64,000 nucleotides of DNA from Acidobacteriota bacterium. GTDB lineage: Bacteria > Acidobacteriota > Thermoanaerobaculia > Multivoradales > UBA5704. Below are positions 41,341 to 51,268 of the stretch, in pieces; position 1 is the first letter of the stretch; each line of letters opens with the position of its first letter. The stretch is taken from NCBI GenBank assembly GCA_040005235.1, contig JBDTZG010000007.1, positions 1-64,000 on the forward strand, in the 5' to 3' direction. The notes beneath the pieces are model-generated. The model was not told the origin of the DNA, did not search any database, and saw only the letters and a program-made list of their open reading frames with translations. The translations under genes were made by a program, and so were the position numbers.

Positions 41341-41640
41341 GCGGTTCTGGATCCGATAGCGGTGTTTCGGGACGGCGAGTGCCATTCCGCAGCCGAAAGC
41401 CGCTTTCCGGGATGGCGAACGCTATTTCAGAGCCGAAAGCCGCGTTGCGGGACCGCGGCCGCAATTCTGGGACGGATAGCCGCTTCCTGGGACGGATAGC
41501 CGCGTCCTGGGACCGATAGCCGCTTGCTAGGACCGATAGCCGCGTTCTGGGACCGATAGCCGCTTTTCAGGACGGATAGCCGCGTATTGGGACGGATAGC
41601 CGCTTCCTGGGACGGTTCGCGGAGAATCGGGACGGCGTTG
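41341..41640. repeat. 20-bp tandem array (GGACSGATAGCCGCKTYCTG), about 7 conserved plus about 7 degenerate units
   Basis: GGGACGGATAGCCGC and GGACCGATAGCCGC recur exactly every 20 nt at 41469-41615. Confidence 0.92.
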
Positions 41641-42091
41641 AGAATTCAGACGCGTCCAGCGGTTTTTCGCGGCGTGAATGCGCTTTCGATCCTGGCTCCC
41701 TCTCGATCCCGCGGTATGTGGCGAGTTCCCGCCGTTGTTTCGGCGGAGGCCGCCGCGATCTGGAGTTTTGGGGCTCGCTCACGTGTTCCGCCTGGCACTC
41801 GTTTTGCTAAAAGCCTGGCCTTTGGCCGGCTCTTGCGCCGATTCGACACGCGGGTAACGGTGTCGGTCTCTCGGGCGCCGAAGTTTCTGTCGTGGCGATG
41901 TAACCGTTTGCAGTTTCTGACGTAGAACAGATGGCAGGCGGGGTTCGGATCGCTCCAACGAGCATCCTTGCCTCCTAAGATTTTCTCCCCGAGCTCCTCC
42001 GCAAGGTGCCTCCGAGAGGGCGAACCGCCTTCTCGATGGCGGGTTACGCCCTAGCCTCGCCTGCCCTTTTCCATTGAAAGGATCGAAGGTC

Positions 42092-42757
42092 ATGTCGTTC
42101 TCTTTACGCCTCCTGTTTCGGGGCTCTAGCCTCTTTGTGCCTTCTCCCCGCGGCGACGGTCTCTACGCTCTGCTCTGCCCTCGGAGCAGCGGCGCCAATC
42201 CGCGCCTCCGTTTCGACCCGCAGGACCTCGCCGAGGGGGGCGCCGAAGAGTCGCTGCTCGGCGGGTCGGCGCGGCCGGCCGGGCTGACCGCAGGCTTTTG
42301 GCCTCTGGCGGGGGCCGACCTCTCGCTCGTCGCCTCTACGATGGGCGAGCCCGCGAAGATCCCGGGCATCGAGCTCGAATCCAACCTAGAGGCCGATCTC
42401 GCCTCGGCCGGGCTCGGGCTTCACTGTCTGGCGCCGCGGCTCGGCGGAACGGCCGCCCTCGCCGCGGCGGGGCTCGGCGCCCGGCTGCGGCTTCCTCTGG
42501 GAACCCTAGGCGCCTGGTCCGCGAGCGGTTGGCAGCGGCTGCGGACGGGCTGGCTCTTCCGAGGCGACACGGCCGGCGGGTGCGCTTTCTTCCTGGCGGA
42601 AATCTCTGTCGATGCGCTGGAGATCGAAGACCTCGAAGCCGGCCGCACCCTCCGGCTCGCGCCGCACGCGCGCCGGATGTTGGAGCTGGAAATCGAGCCT
42701 GCCGAAGCGGCCCCTGCCTTTGCGCTGGAGGAGGGGGAGCTGGCAGGCGTTGGTTGA
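42092..42757 (+). CDS. Hypothetical protein
   Basis: AAGG-type RBS and a plausible beta-rich sequence MSFSLRLLFRGSSLFVP. No family recognised. Confidence 0.55.
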   Translation: MSFSLRLLFRGSSLFVPSPRGDGLYALLCPRSSGANPRLRFDPQDLAEGGAEESLLGGSARPAGLTAGFWPLAGADLSLVASTMGEPAKIPGIELESNLEADLASAGLGLHCLAPRLGGTAALAAAGLGARLRLPLGTLGAWSASGWQRLRTGWLFRGDTAGGCAFFLAEISVDALEIEDLEAGRTLRLAPHARRMLELEIEPAEAAPAFALEEGELAGVG

Positions 42758-42865
42758 TCGCAAAAACGAAAGTTTGGCGCAACTTTTGCTCCTTGCTCGC
42801 GTAATCTGCGGCGGTCTTCGATACTCCGTGGCCGCAACGGATTCGCAACGAGGAGGAAGAACGGC

Positions 42866-43273
42866 ATGAGCTATCCCCTGGAGGAAATCGAGGGTATCGG
42901 TCCGGCCTACGCCGCAAAGCTCGGAAACATCGGTATCAAGACGACCTCCACCCTGCTCAAGCGGTGCGCGGACCCCAAGGGCCGCAAGCGAATCTCGGCC
43001 GAGAGCGGCGTCTCTGAAGAGCTGCTGCTCAAGTGGGCCAATCTGGCCGATTTGATGCGCGTTCGCGGGGTCGGCCGGCAGTATGCGGAGCTGCTGGAAG
43101 GGGCGGGGATCGACTCGGTCAAGGAGCTGCGGACCCGGCGGCCGAGCCACCTGGCGGTCAAGATGGCCGAGGTCAACGCGGTGCGGAAACTGACCCGGCG
43201 CATCCCGATCCCGAGCATGATCGAGGAGTGGATCGAGCTCGCGGCGAAGCTCGCGCCGGTCATTACGTACTGA
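42866..43273 (+). CDS. DUF4332 helix-hairpin-helix protein
   Basis: AGGAGG RBS, IEGIGP.Y..KL, W...ADLMRV.GVG.QY.ELLE.AG.D.V.EL. Confidence 0.88.
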   Translation: MSYPLEEIEGIGPAYAAKLGNIGIKTTSTLLKRCADPKGRKRISAESGVSEELLLKWANLADLMRVRGVGRQYAELLEGAGIDSVKELRTRRPSHLAVKMAEVNAVRKLTRRIPIPSMIEEWIELAAKLAPVITY

Positions 43274-43311
43274 TCGTGTAAGTCCTTTTTGTAGTCTTTA
43301 CCGAATCCTCG

Positions 43312-44523
43312 TCATTCGCGCCAGTCGCCGAGGGGTAGGATCTCGCACCGCGCGCCGGCCGGCTGTGGCGGGGCGCCCGCTCGAACCCGCACCAGGGCGG
43401 TGCCGAGCGCAAAGGCGCCGAGGTCGTGCGATCCGCGCGAAAGATTCGGCGTGGCGCGGATTGCACCCGAAGAGAAGGTCACCGCCGCGGTCAGGAAGCG
43501 ATCGCGGGCCCCCGTGCCGGGGAGAGGCGCCTCAAGCTCCGCCGCGAGCGCGCCGTGCCAGAAGCCGTCGGGCACGCCGAGCCAACGCCGGAGCGCCGGG
43601 CGGACGAACAGCCAGAAACAGGCCATGACGGACGCCGGGTTGCCCGGCAGGCCGAATACGATGCCGCCGTCGTGGACTGCGAAGACCAGCGGTTGCCCCG
43701 GCTGGATCGCCACCTTGTCGAGCACGATCCGGCAGCCGAGCCGGGTGAGCACGCCCTCGACCAGATCGTGCTCGCCCATCGAGACCCCGCCGCACAAAAG
43801 CAGCACGTCGTAGCCGAGGCCGCGCTCGATCCGGGCCGAAAGCTCCTCCTGCCGATCCGGCGCGATGCCCAACGAGTCGGCGGCGAGTCCGAACGAGCGG
43901 CAAGCCGCGAGCAGGAAATCGGTGTGCGAATCGCGCAATTGGCCCGGTCCGGGCTCGAGCTCGGGCGGCACCACCTCGTCGCCGGTCGCAAGGATCGCGA
44001 CGGTCGGCGGCCGGACCACCGGGATGTCGCCGTAGCCGTGGGTGGCGAGCAAGGAGAGCGCGCCCGGGCCGAGGCGGGCTCCGGCGGGAAACAGGGGGTC
44101 CCCTGCGCGCTGGATCTCGCCGCGGCGGCGAATGTGGTCGCCCGCGGCCGGGGCGGCGCGAGAGATCACCCGGTCGCTTCCGCCGTCGGTCTGCTCAACC
44201 GGGATCACCCGGTCGGCGCCCTCCGGGATGGGGGCGCCGGTCATGATCCGGACCGCGGCGCCGGCCGGCAGGACGAAGCCCGGCGGATCGCCCGCGCGGA
44301 TCGCCCCGACCACCGTCGTCGGCTCGCCGCCGGGAGCGAAATCTCCCCCCAGCGCATACCCGTCCATCGCCGAGACATCCGAGGCGGGCACGTCCACCCG
44401 TGCCGCCAAGGCTTCCGCGAGCGTCCGGCCCGCCGCCTGGCGGCGCGGCAGCGAAAGCGTCTGCGGCTGGCGGCGGTCAAGCTCCCGGGCGATCCGTGCC
44501 CAGGCTTCCTCGGGGGCGATCAT
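43312..44523 (-). CDS. moeA: Molybdopterin molybdenumtransferase
   Basis: SAMDGYA, RIMTGAPIPEGAD, ATGDEV, GGVSMG..D, PG.P, GLPGNPAS. Confidence 0.95.
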   Translation of the reverse strand: MIAPEEAWARIARELDRRQPQTLSLPRRQAAGRTLAEALAARVDVPASDVSAMDGYALGGDFAPGGEPTTVVGAIRAGDPPGFVLPAGAAVRIMTGAPIPEGADRVIPVEQTDGGSDRVISRAAPAAGDHIRRRGEIQRAGDPLFPAGARLGPGALSLLATHGYGDIPVVRPPTVAILATGDEVVPPELEPGPGQLRDSHTDFLLAACRSFGLAADSLGIAPDRQEELSARIERGLGYDVLLLCGGVSMGEHDLVEGVLTRLGCRIVLDKVAIQPGQPLVFAVHDGGIVFGLPGNPASVMACFWLFVRPALRRWLGVPDGFWHGALAAELEAPLPGTGARDRFLTAAVTFSSGAIRATPNLSRGSHDLGAFALGTALVRVRAGAPPQPAGARCEILPLGDWRE

Positions 44524-44600
44524 GAGTGGGGGCTCCTCAGGGCGACTTAAACGACGGTCTCCAATGGTATCCTTCGCGCGATCCGAAAAGAGAGCGGGGC

Positions 44601-45449
44601 ATGATGCAGTCGCAAACGGAGGCAGACCTCCCCCCCACCGAGGAAGCTTCGTTTCAATACCGTGGCAGCCTGTCCGAGGTCGCCCTGCCGGAGATCCTCT
44701 ACACGATCGACCGTTTTCAGGTGCCGGGGCAGATGGAAGCCTGGCGCGAAGGATCGGTCAAGAAGATTTTTCTGCGCGAAGGCAACGTCGTTTCGGCCAG
44801 CTCGTCCGATCTCGTCGACAGTCTCGGCCATCACCTGGAGCGCAGCGGCCTGCTGACGCCCCAGGCGGTCGCCGAGGCGATGGAAGAGCGTCGGCAGACC
44901 AACCGGCGGCTCGGGGTGCTGCTGATCGAGCGCGGTCTGCTCACCCCGGCGCAGGTGTATCAGGCGATCCGCCAGCAGGTCGAGGGGATCGTCTGGAGCC
45001 TGTTCGACTGGCCGGACGGCGAGATCCGATTCAAGATCGGCGGTTTTCGGACGCCGGACGCGGTCCGCATCCAGCTGCCCATGCGCCAGGTGATCCTGCG
45101 CGGCATCGAACGGTCGCAAAACGCCAAGACCCTGGTCGCCCGGCTGGGCCGCAAAGAAACGGTGTTCGAGGCCTGCTTCCGCACCGAGGATCTGATCGAA
45201 ACCGCGCTCGACACCGACGAGATGCGCCTGCTGGAGCTGGTCGATGGTCGCCGCACCCTGTTCGACATCTGCACCCAGGGACCCCGGGGGGTGGCGGAAA
45301 ACGGCAAGCTGCTCTACGCTTTTGCCGCGCTGCAGTTGATCCGCCGGTGCGAGGTGCCCGCGGCGCCGGTCGCGGAGCCCCCCCTCGACGAGGGCACGGG
45401 GGCGATCCGCATCCGGTTCAAGACCGCCACCCCCAAGCCCGGCCCCTGA
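44601..45449 (+). CDS. DUF4388 (PatA-N-like) domain protein
   Basis: GSLSEVALPEIL, IFLREGNVV.A.S, LG..L...GLLT, LF.W.DG...F. Confidence 0.82.
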   Translation: MMQSQTEADLPPTEEASFQYRGSLSEVALPEILYTIDRFQVPGQMEAWREGSVKKIFLREGNVVSASSSDLVDSLGHHLERSGLLTPQAVAEAMEERRQTNRRLGVLLIERGLLTPAQVYQAIRQQVEGIVWSLFDWPDGEIRFKIGGFRTPDAVRIQLPMRQVILRGIERSQNAKTLVARLGRKETVFEACFRTEDLIETALDTDEMRLLELVDGRRTLFDICTQGPRGVAENGKLLYAFAALQLIRRCEVPAAPVAEPPLDEGTGAIRIRFKTATPKPGP

Positions 45450-45485
45450 AGCGCCGCCCTACCCCCTTCGAGGAGTCGCTCCAAG

Positions 45486-45845
45486 ATGCCGATCTACGAA
45501 TACCAATGCCTGGTGTGCGGCACGCGCACCGAGCACCTGCAAAAGATGTCCGATCCCCCTCTGCCGGCCTGTCCAAAATGCGGCGGCGAGGTGAAGAAGC
45601 TGATCTCCTCCCCGGCGTTTCAATTCAAGGGGAGTGGCTGGTACGCCACCGATTACGCAGGCAAGAGCGGCGCCGGTAAACCCGAGTCCTCCTCGTCCGA
45701 GGCGAAAGACGCGAAATCGGATGCCGCCAAGAGCGAGAAGAGCGATGGCGGCTCTTCGAGCTCGTCGAGCTCGTCGGAGAGCAAGCCGGAAACCAAGAGC
45801 GAGGCCAAGCCCGAAAAGAAGGACACCGCGCCGAAAGTGGACTGA
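45486..45845 (+). CDS. FmdB-family zinc-ribbon protein
   Basis: MPIYEYQC..CG, CPKCGG, FKGSGWYATDY, low-complexity tail. Confidence 0.92.
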   Translation: MPIYEYQCLVCGTRTEHLQKMSDPPLPACPKCGGEVKKLISSPAFQFKGSGWYATDYAGKSGAGKPESSSSEAKDAKSDAAKSEKSDGGSSSSSSSSESKPETKSEAKPEKKDTAPKVD

Positions 45846-45879
45846 ATCGGCCGTTCGGTGTCGACCACCTGACGCTCGC

Positions 45880-46012
45880 CTGCACAATCGCAATGCACCT
45901 CTGCGCGGGCGCTGTGCACGACTGCAATCTCCCGGCGCACCTGTGCACTCCGCCGGAGCACAACGGCAGAGTTCCAGCGCAGAGGTGCAAAATCCGGGGG
46001 CACCTCTGCAAA
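45880..46012. repeat. Degenerate 21-bp periodic array
   Basis: GCACCTCTGC-like motif at 45895, 45916, 45937, 45958, 45979 and 46000. Confidence 0.7.
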
Positions 46013-46056
46013 ACCGGATTCCACCGGCTTTCAGGCGCCTTGCACCCGGAATCCGC

Positions 46057-46086
46057 TTGACTATTCATGCAGCTTCATGCAGTATC
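46057..46086 (+). promoter_or_regulatory. arg operon promoter with ARG-box-like operator
   Basis: TTGACT, 17 nt, CAGTAT, overlapped by TGACTATTCATGCA and TGCAGCTTCATGCA, upstream of argR. Confidence 0.6.
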
Positions 46087-46147
46087 CGCCGCATTCTTTT
46101 GCGCGCAGCGCTGTTCTGCGCGAGTAGCGCGCGATGGGAGCCCTAGC

Positions 46148-46612
46148 ATGAGCCCTGAAGACGATCTGCACCGAGACCGACGCCGCGTGATCCTGGATCT
46201 TCTCCGGGCGCGCCGGGTCGCGAACCAGCTGGAGCTGGTGGGGCTGCTTGGTCTCCAGGGGATTGAGGCGACGCAGTCGAGCGTCAGCCGCGATCTGCGG
46301 TTTCTCGGGGTGGCGAAAGTCGCCGGGCACTACGTGGCGCCCACGGGCGACGTGCCGGCCGGGGCAGATTTCGGGCCGATCGGCCGCTTCGTCCATGGCG
46401 CGCGGACGGCGGGACCGAATCTGATCGTGCTTGAAACCGCGGTCGGTACGGCGCAGACGGTGGCGATCGCGATCGATCGCTCCGGCTGGCCCGAGGTGGT
46501 GGGTACTTTGGCGGGCGACGACACGATCTTCGTCGCCACCGCGAACGCGCGGGATCAACAGCGGTTCCTTCGTCATCTGGACCTTTTGCGGGAGGAACAC
46601 ATCCATGGCTGA
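46148..46612 (+). CDS. argR: Arginine repressor
   Basis: NQLELV..L...[31 protein letters not shown]. Confidence 0.95.
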   Translation: MSPEDDLHRDRRRVILDLLRARRVANQLELVGLLGLQGIEATQSSVSRDLRFLGVAKVAGHYVAPTGDVPAGADFGPIGRFVHGARTAGPNLIVLETAVGTAQTVAIAIDRSGWPEVVGTLAGDDTIFVATANARDQQRFLRHLDLLREEHIHG

Positions 46613-47867
46613 TACGACTGAGACGACTGAGAGGACGGCGATTCCTGGTCTCGATCCGCGCCGCGGCGAGCCGATCGTCCTGGCGTTTTCCGGCGGGCTC
46701 GATACGTCGTACTGCATCCCCTGGCTCGCCGAGAGCTACGGCCGGCCGGTGGTGACGGTGACGGTCGATACCGGCGGGCTCGATTCCGCGGCGGCCGACG
46801 AGTTGGCCGAACGTTCGCGCGCTCTCGGGGCCGTGGCGCACCACCGCATCGAGGCTAGGACCGAATTCTTCGACCGGGTGCTCCGGTTCCTGATCCTCGG
46901 AAATGTCCGGCGGGGTCAGCTCTATCCGCTCTGCGTCGGCGCCGAGCGGTCAATCCAGGCGCAGGCCGTCGCCCACGCCGCGGCGGGGCTGGGCTCGCGC
47001 ACGGTGGCCCACGGCTGCACCGCGGCGGGCAACGACCAGGTCCGGTTCGAGGTGGCGCTCCGGACGCTCGCCCCGAGCCTCGAAATCCTCGCTCCGGTGC
47101 GCGACCATCCCCGGCCGCGGGCTTCGCAGGTGGCGTATCTCCAGGCGAAGAATCTGCCGATTCCGCCGTTCGGCGCCGCCTATTCGATCAATCGCGGCCT
47201 GTGGGGGACGACGATCGGCGGCCAGGAAACGCTTACGAGCGAAGGCACGATCCCCGAGGAGGCGTGGGTGCTGTCGCACGGCGCTTTCGACGATCCGCGC
47301 CCCGCGGCTTTCCATCGGCTCGGATTCGTGCGCGGCATTCCGACCTCGTGGGACGGCGAGAACCTCGCGCCCGTCGAGCTGATCGAGCGGATCGAGCGCG
47401 AGGCGGCGCCGTATGCGATCGGCCGAGGAATCCATCTCGGCGACACGATTCTCGGCACCAAGGGGCGGGTGGCGTTCGAGGCGCCGGCCGCGGAAGTGCT
47501 GCTCGTCGCCCACCGCGAGCTGGAGAAACTGACCCTCACCGGCCGGCAGCAGCGGGTGAAGGAAACCGTCGCCGCCACCTATGGCGATCTGGTCCACGAG
47601 GGGCAGCATCTCGATCCGGTCTGCCGCGACATCGAGGCGCTGTTGCTGTCTTCCCAGGAGCGGGTGACGGGAGAGGTGCGGCTGCGCTTCCGGCCGGGCA
47701 ACCTGTTCGTCGAGGGGGTTGTGTCGTCCTTTTCGTTGCTCGCCGCCACGCGCGGCGTCTACGGTGAGGCGGCGGGGGAGTGGACATCGGAGGATGCACG
47801 GGGCTTGTCGCGTTTGGCGGCTCTTCCCGGCATGCTCCATCGGCGGGCCGGTTCGGAGGACCTCTAA
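46605..47867 (+). CDS. argG: Argininosuccinate synthase
   Basis: [45 protein letters not shown]. Confidence 0.95.
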   Translation: MADTTETTERTAIPGLDPRRGEPIVLAFSGGLDTSYCIPWLAESYGRPVVTVTVDTGGLDSAAADELAERSRALGAVAHHRIEARTEFFDRVLRFLILGNVRRGQLYPLCVGAERSIQAQAVAHAAAGLGSRTVAHGCTAAGNDQVRFEVALRTLAPSLEILAPVRDHPRPRASQVAYLQAKNLPIPPFGAAYSINRGLWGTTIGGQETLTSEGTIPEEAWVLSHGAFDDPRPAAFHRLGFVRGIPTSWDGENLAPVELIERIEREAAPYAIGRGIHLGDTILGTKGRVAFEAPAAEVLLVAHRELEKLTLTGRQQRVKETVAATYGDLVHEGQHLDPVCRDIEALLLSSQERVTGEVRLRFRPGNLFVEGVVSSFSLLAATRGVYGEAAGEWTSEDARGLSRLAALPGMLHRRAGSEDL

Positions 47868-48953
47868 ATGAAAGCCGTGATTCTCGACAAGATCGCATCG
47901 GTGACCCGCACCTGCCGCTTGAAGCGAGAGGTGCTCACCAGCTCGGAGATTCCCTGCCGCGAGGGGATCGTGGTCGCCGTGCGCGTGCTGACCGACAAGA
48001 CGACCTATAACCAGATGGAGCTGCCGAGCGGCCGGATGGCTCTGGTGAAGAAAGGCGACGTGATCGCCGGTGCGCTCGGCCACCGTCAGGCGCTGTTCGG
48101 CTATTCCGGGCACCTGCCCGACCACCTGGTGCCGGGCGACAAGGTCCAGCTGCTCAACATCGGCGGCGTGATCGGCATCTGCGATTCGATCAATCCGGAC
48201 CTGGGGCCGCCGTTCGAGGCCGAGGTGATCGGCGCCGTCCTGTCGTTCCCGTTCCTGGGCGAGCGGGTGGGCGTGCCGGCGCGGATCGGCGAACGGCCGC
48301 TCGACCTTTCCGCTCCGTTGGAGGCGGCCGGGGTGCCGGTGATCGCGCTCGTCGGCTCGTGCATGAACAGCGGCAAGACCGCGGCGGCCTGCACCTTGAT
48401 CCGCCATCTGACCCACGCCGGCTACACGGTCGACGCGTTCAAGGCGACCGGCGTGTCGCTGCGCCGCGACATCCTGGCGATGGAGGACGCGGGCGCCCGG
48501 ACGACGGCGATCTTCACCGACTTCGGCGTCGTTTCGACCTCGGGGGTGAACGCCGCCGCGGTCACCCGGACGATGCTCACCCAACTCGCCGCCGGCAAAC
48601 CCGAGGCGATCATGGTCGAGCTGGGCGATGGGCTGCTCGGCGCCTACGGAGTAGACGCGATCCTCGACGACGAGGAGGTGAAGAAGGCTTTCACCGCGGT
48701 GATCCTGGCAGCGAACGATCCCGTAGCCGCGTGGGGCGGCGTGCGCCTGCTGCGCGAGCGGTTCGGCGTCGAGCCGGTGGCGGTGACCGGACCCGCGACC
48801 GACAACCTGGTGGGCACCCGGATCATCGAGGAGACGGTGGGCGTGCCGGCGATCAACGCCCGCACCGAAGGGGAGCGGCTCGCCAAGCTGGTCCGCTCGC
48901 GTTTGATGCCGTACGACCCCGCGCGCGTCGCGGGCGGGGAGCTCGCATCATGA
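47868..48953 (+). CDS. DUF1611/DgcN-like P-loop protein; candidate alternative N-acylglutamate synthase
   Basis: P-loop VGSCMNSGKT, K.TG....RD...M.DAGA.....F.D.G..ST, VELGDGL. Starts right after the argG stop and overlaps argC. Function is inferred. Confidence 0.75.
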   Translation: MKAVILDKIASVTRTCRLKREVLTSSEIPCREGIVVAVRVLTDKTTYNQMELPSGRMALVKKGDVIAGALGHRQALFGYSGHLPDHLVPGDKVQLLNIGGVIGICDSINPDLGPPFEAEVIGAVLSFPFLGERVGVPARIGERPLDLSAPLEAAGVPVIALVGSCMNSGKTAAACTLIRHLTHAGYTVDAFKATGVSLRRDILAMEDAGARTTAIFTDFGVVSTSGVNAAAVTRTMLTQLAAGKPEAIMVELGDGLLGAYGVDAILDDEEVKKAFTAVILAANDPVAAWGGVRLLRERFGVEPVAVTGPATDNLVGTRIIEETVGVPAINARTEGERLAKLVRSRLMPYDPARVAGGELAS

Positions 48954-50029
48954 TCTCTTCCCACCACACGGCACGCACAGTGGTGATCGGCGGCTCGGGC
49001 TACGTTGCGGGCGAGCTGCTGCGGCTGCTCGCCGTCCATCCGTTCCTGCGCGACCTGGCGGTGATTTCCGAGAGCAAGCCGGGCACGCGGATCGAGGAGG
49101 CGTTTCCGCATCTCGAAGGGGCGTATCCCGATTTGAAGTTCCTGGGGACCGATGCGCTGCCGCGGCTGTTCGCCGAGAACGAGACGGTCGCGGTTTTTTC
49201 GGCCGCGCCCCACGGTGCGTCGGCGCCGCTCGTCGATTCGCTGCTCCTTAATGCCGAGCATGCGGGCGCGCGCGTGCGGTTGGTCGATCTGTCGGCCGAT
49301 TTCCGCTTTCCCGATGCCGGAAGCTACGAGCAGGTTTACGGCCACCCGCACGGCGCGCCGGGGCGGCTGGCTGAATTCGTCTCTGCCGTGCCCGAGCACT
49401 TGGCCGAAGCGCCGCTCGGGCGGGTCTCCCATCCGGGATGTTTCACCACGTCGGTTCTGCTCGCCTCGGTGCCTCTCCTTTCTCTTGGGCTGATCGAGCC
49501 GCGATTCACCGTGGTCGCGGTCACCGGCAGCACGGGCGCCGGGCGAACGCCGACCGCCACCACCCACCACCCGGAGCGGCGCAGCAACCTGTTCGCCTAC
49601 AACCCGCTCGGCCATCGCCACGAGCCCGAGATGCGGCTTCACGCGGGCAAGGCCGCCGGCCGGCCGGTCGAGATCGCATTCGTGCCGCAGTCCGGACCGT
49701 ACGCCCGCGGTATCTACGCGACGATCCAGGCCCGCCTGGCGAGGCCGGTCGATCTGGAAGAGATGGTGGCGGGGGTGGCGCAGTTTTACGCCGGCTCGCC
49801 GTTCGTCAAAGTCGCCCCGGCGGGCGGCAAACCGCCGCGGCTGCAAGACGTCGCCGGCACCAACCGGGCGCTGCTCTCGTTCGCACTGCGCGGCGAGGAT
49901 CTGGTCGCGTTCTCGACCCTCGACAACCTGGTCAAAGGCGCGGCCGGCGGCGCGGTGCAGTGGATGAACCGGTTGCTCGATCTGCCCGAGGTCGCAGGGT
50001 TGGCGCAGCCGGGGTTGGGCTGGATCTAA
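48950..50029 (+). CDS. argC: N-acetyl-gamma-glutamyl-phosphate reductase
   Basis: GGSGYVAGELLRLL..HP, DLSADFR, PGCF.T, G.TGAG, HRH.PE, DNLVKGAAG.AVQ.MN. Confidence 0.95.
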   Translation: MISSHHTARTVVIGGSGYVAGELLRLLAVHPFLRDLAVISESKPGTRIEEAFPHLEGAYPDLKFLGTDALPRLFAENETVAVFSAAPHGASAPLVDSLLLNAEHAGARVRLVDLSADFRFPDAGSYEQVYGHPHGAPGRLAEFVSAVPEHLAEAPLGRVSHPGCFTTSVLLASVPLLSLGLIEPRFTVVAVTGSTGAGRTPTATTHHPERRSNLFAYNPLGHRHEPEMRLHAGKAAGRPVEIAFVPQSGPYARGIYATIQARLARPVDLEEMVAGVAQFYAGSPFVKVAPAGGKPPRLQDVAGTNRALLSFALRGEDLVAFSTLDNLVKGAAGGAVQWMNRLLDLPEVAGLAQPGLGWI

Positions 50030-50065
50030 AAGATTTTCGAACGGCAGATCAAGAAGGGGAACGAG

Positions 50066-51268
50066 ATGGTCGAGCTTGAAACAGCACCGGCGAAAGCCGC
50101 CGAAGACGAAGCCCGCTGGCTGCTGCCGGTCTACGCCCAGCTGCCGGTCGAGCCGGTGAGCGGATCGGGTGTCGTGCTCAAGACCCGCGACGGCCGCGAG
50201 CTGCTCGATTTCTACGGCGGCCACGCGGTGGCTCTCCTCGGTTACGGCCATCCGCGCCTGCTGGCGGCGCTGGCCGCCCAAGCGGAGACGATGTTCTTCC
50301 AGAGCAACCTGGTGCCGCTCGAAGTGCGCGCCCGCGCGGCGCACGCCCTGGTCTCGTTCGCTCCCAAGGGATTGACGCGGGCGTTCCTGGTCAACAGCGG
50401 CGCCGAGGCGAACGAGAACGCGTTGCGCCTCGCGATCCGGCAGACCGGACGCGGCCGGGTGATCGCTCTTGAAGGGAGCTTCCACGGCCGCACCGCGGCG
50501 GCGGCGGCGGTCACCTGGGGGTCGGAGAAATGGGCCGCCTTCCCCTCGAATCCGTTTGAAGTCGAGTTCGTGCCGGTCGGCGATCTGGACGCGCTGGAGC
50601 GCGCTCTCCAACCTCGCGGTGAGGGCGATTCCGGCGTCGCCGCTTTGATCCTCGAACCGGTGCAGGGGATGGCCGGCGCGGTCGATCTCGGCGCTTCGTA
50701 CCTGTCTGCCGCGCGCGAATTGACCCAAGCCGCCGGGGCGCTGCTGATCTTCGACGAGGTCCAGTGTGGCATGGGCCGCACCGGCCAGCCGTTCGCGGCG
50801 CAGCTCCATGGCGTCACCCCGGATCTGCTGACCACGGCCAAGGGCCTCGCGGGCGGATTTCCCGCCGCCGCGGTGCTGGTCTCGGATGCGGCGGCGGCGG
50901 GTTTGAAGAAAGGTGATCTCGGCACCACGTTCGGCGGCGGGCCGCTCGCCTGCGCATTGATCGAGGCGACGATCGGCGCGATCGAAGAAGAGGATCTGCT
51001 CGCCCGGGTGCGACGGCTCTCCGCTCGCCTGCGGTCCGAATGCCTGGGCGGCGTCGTGACTTCCGTTCAGGGCGCCGGTTTTCTGCTCGGCCTGCGCTGC
51101 GTCCGTCCGGCCAAAGAGGTGCAGGCCGAGCTGCTCGATCGCGGCCTGATGACCGGCACCAGCGCCGACCCGTACGTGCTGCGGCTGCTGCCGCCGCTGG
51201 TGCTCGAAGACGCCCATGTGGACGCGCTGGTCGCGGCGCTTCGCGAGCTGCCCGGGGCTTCTGCATGA
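50066..51268 (+). CDS. argD: Acyl-ornithine aminotransferase (class III PLP)
   Basis: NSGAEANE, SFHGRT, EPVQG, FDEVQCGMGRTG, AKGLAGG, GTTFGG.PLA. Confidence 0.92.
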   Translation: MVELETAPAKAAEDEARWLLPVYAQLPVEPVSGSGVVLKTRDGRELLDFYGGHAVALLGYGHPRLLAALAAQAETMFFQSNLVPLEVRARAAHALVSFAPKGLTRAFLVNSGAEANENALRLAIRQTGRGRVIALEGSFHGRTAAAAAVTWGSEKWAAFPSNPFEVEFVPVGDLDALERALQPRGEGDSGVAALILEPVQGMAGAVDLGASYLSAARELTQAAGALLIFDEVQCGMGRTGQPFAAQLHGVTPDLLTTAKGLAGGFPAAAVLVSDAAAAGLKKGDLGTTFGGGPLACALIEATIGAIEEEDLLARVRRLSARLRSECLGGVVTSVQGAGFLLGLRCVRPAKEVQAELLDRGLMTGTSADPYVLRLLPPLVLEDAHVDALVAALRELPGASA

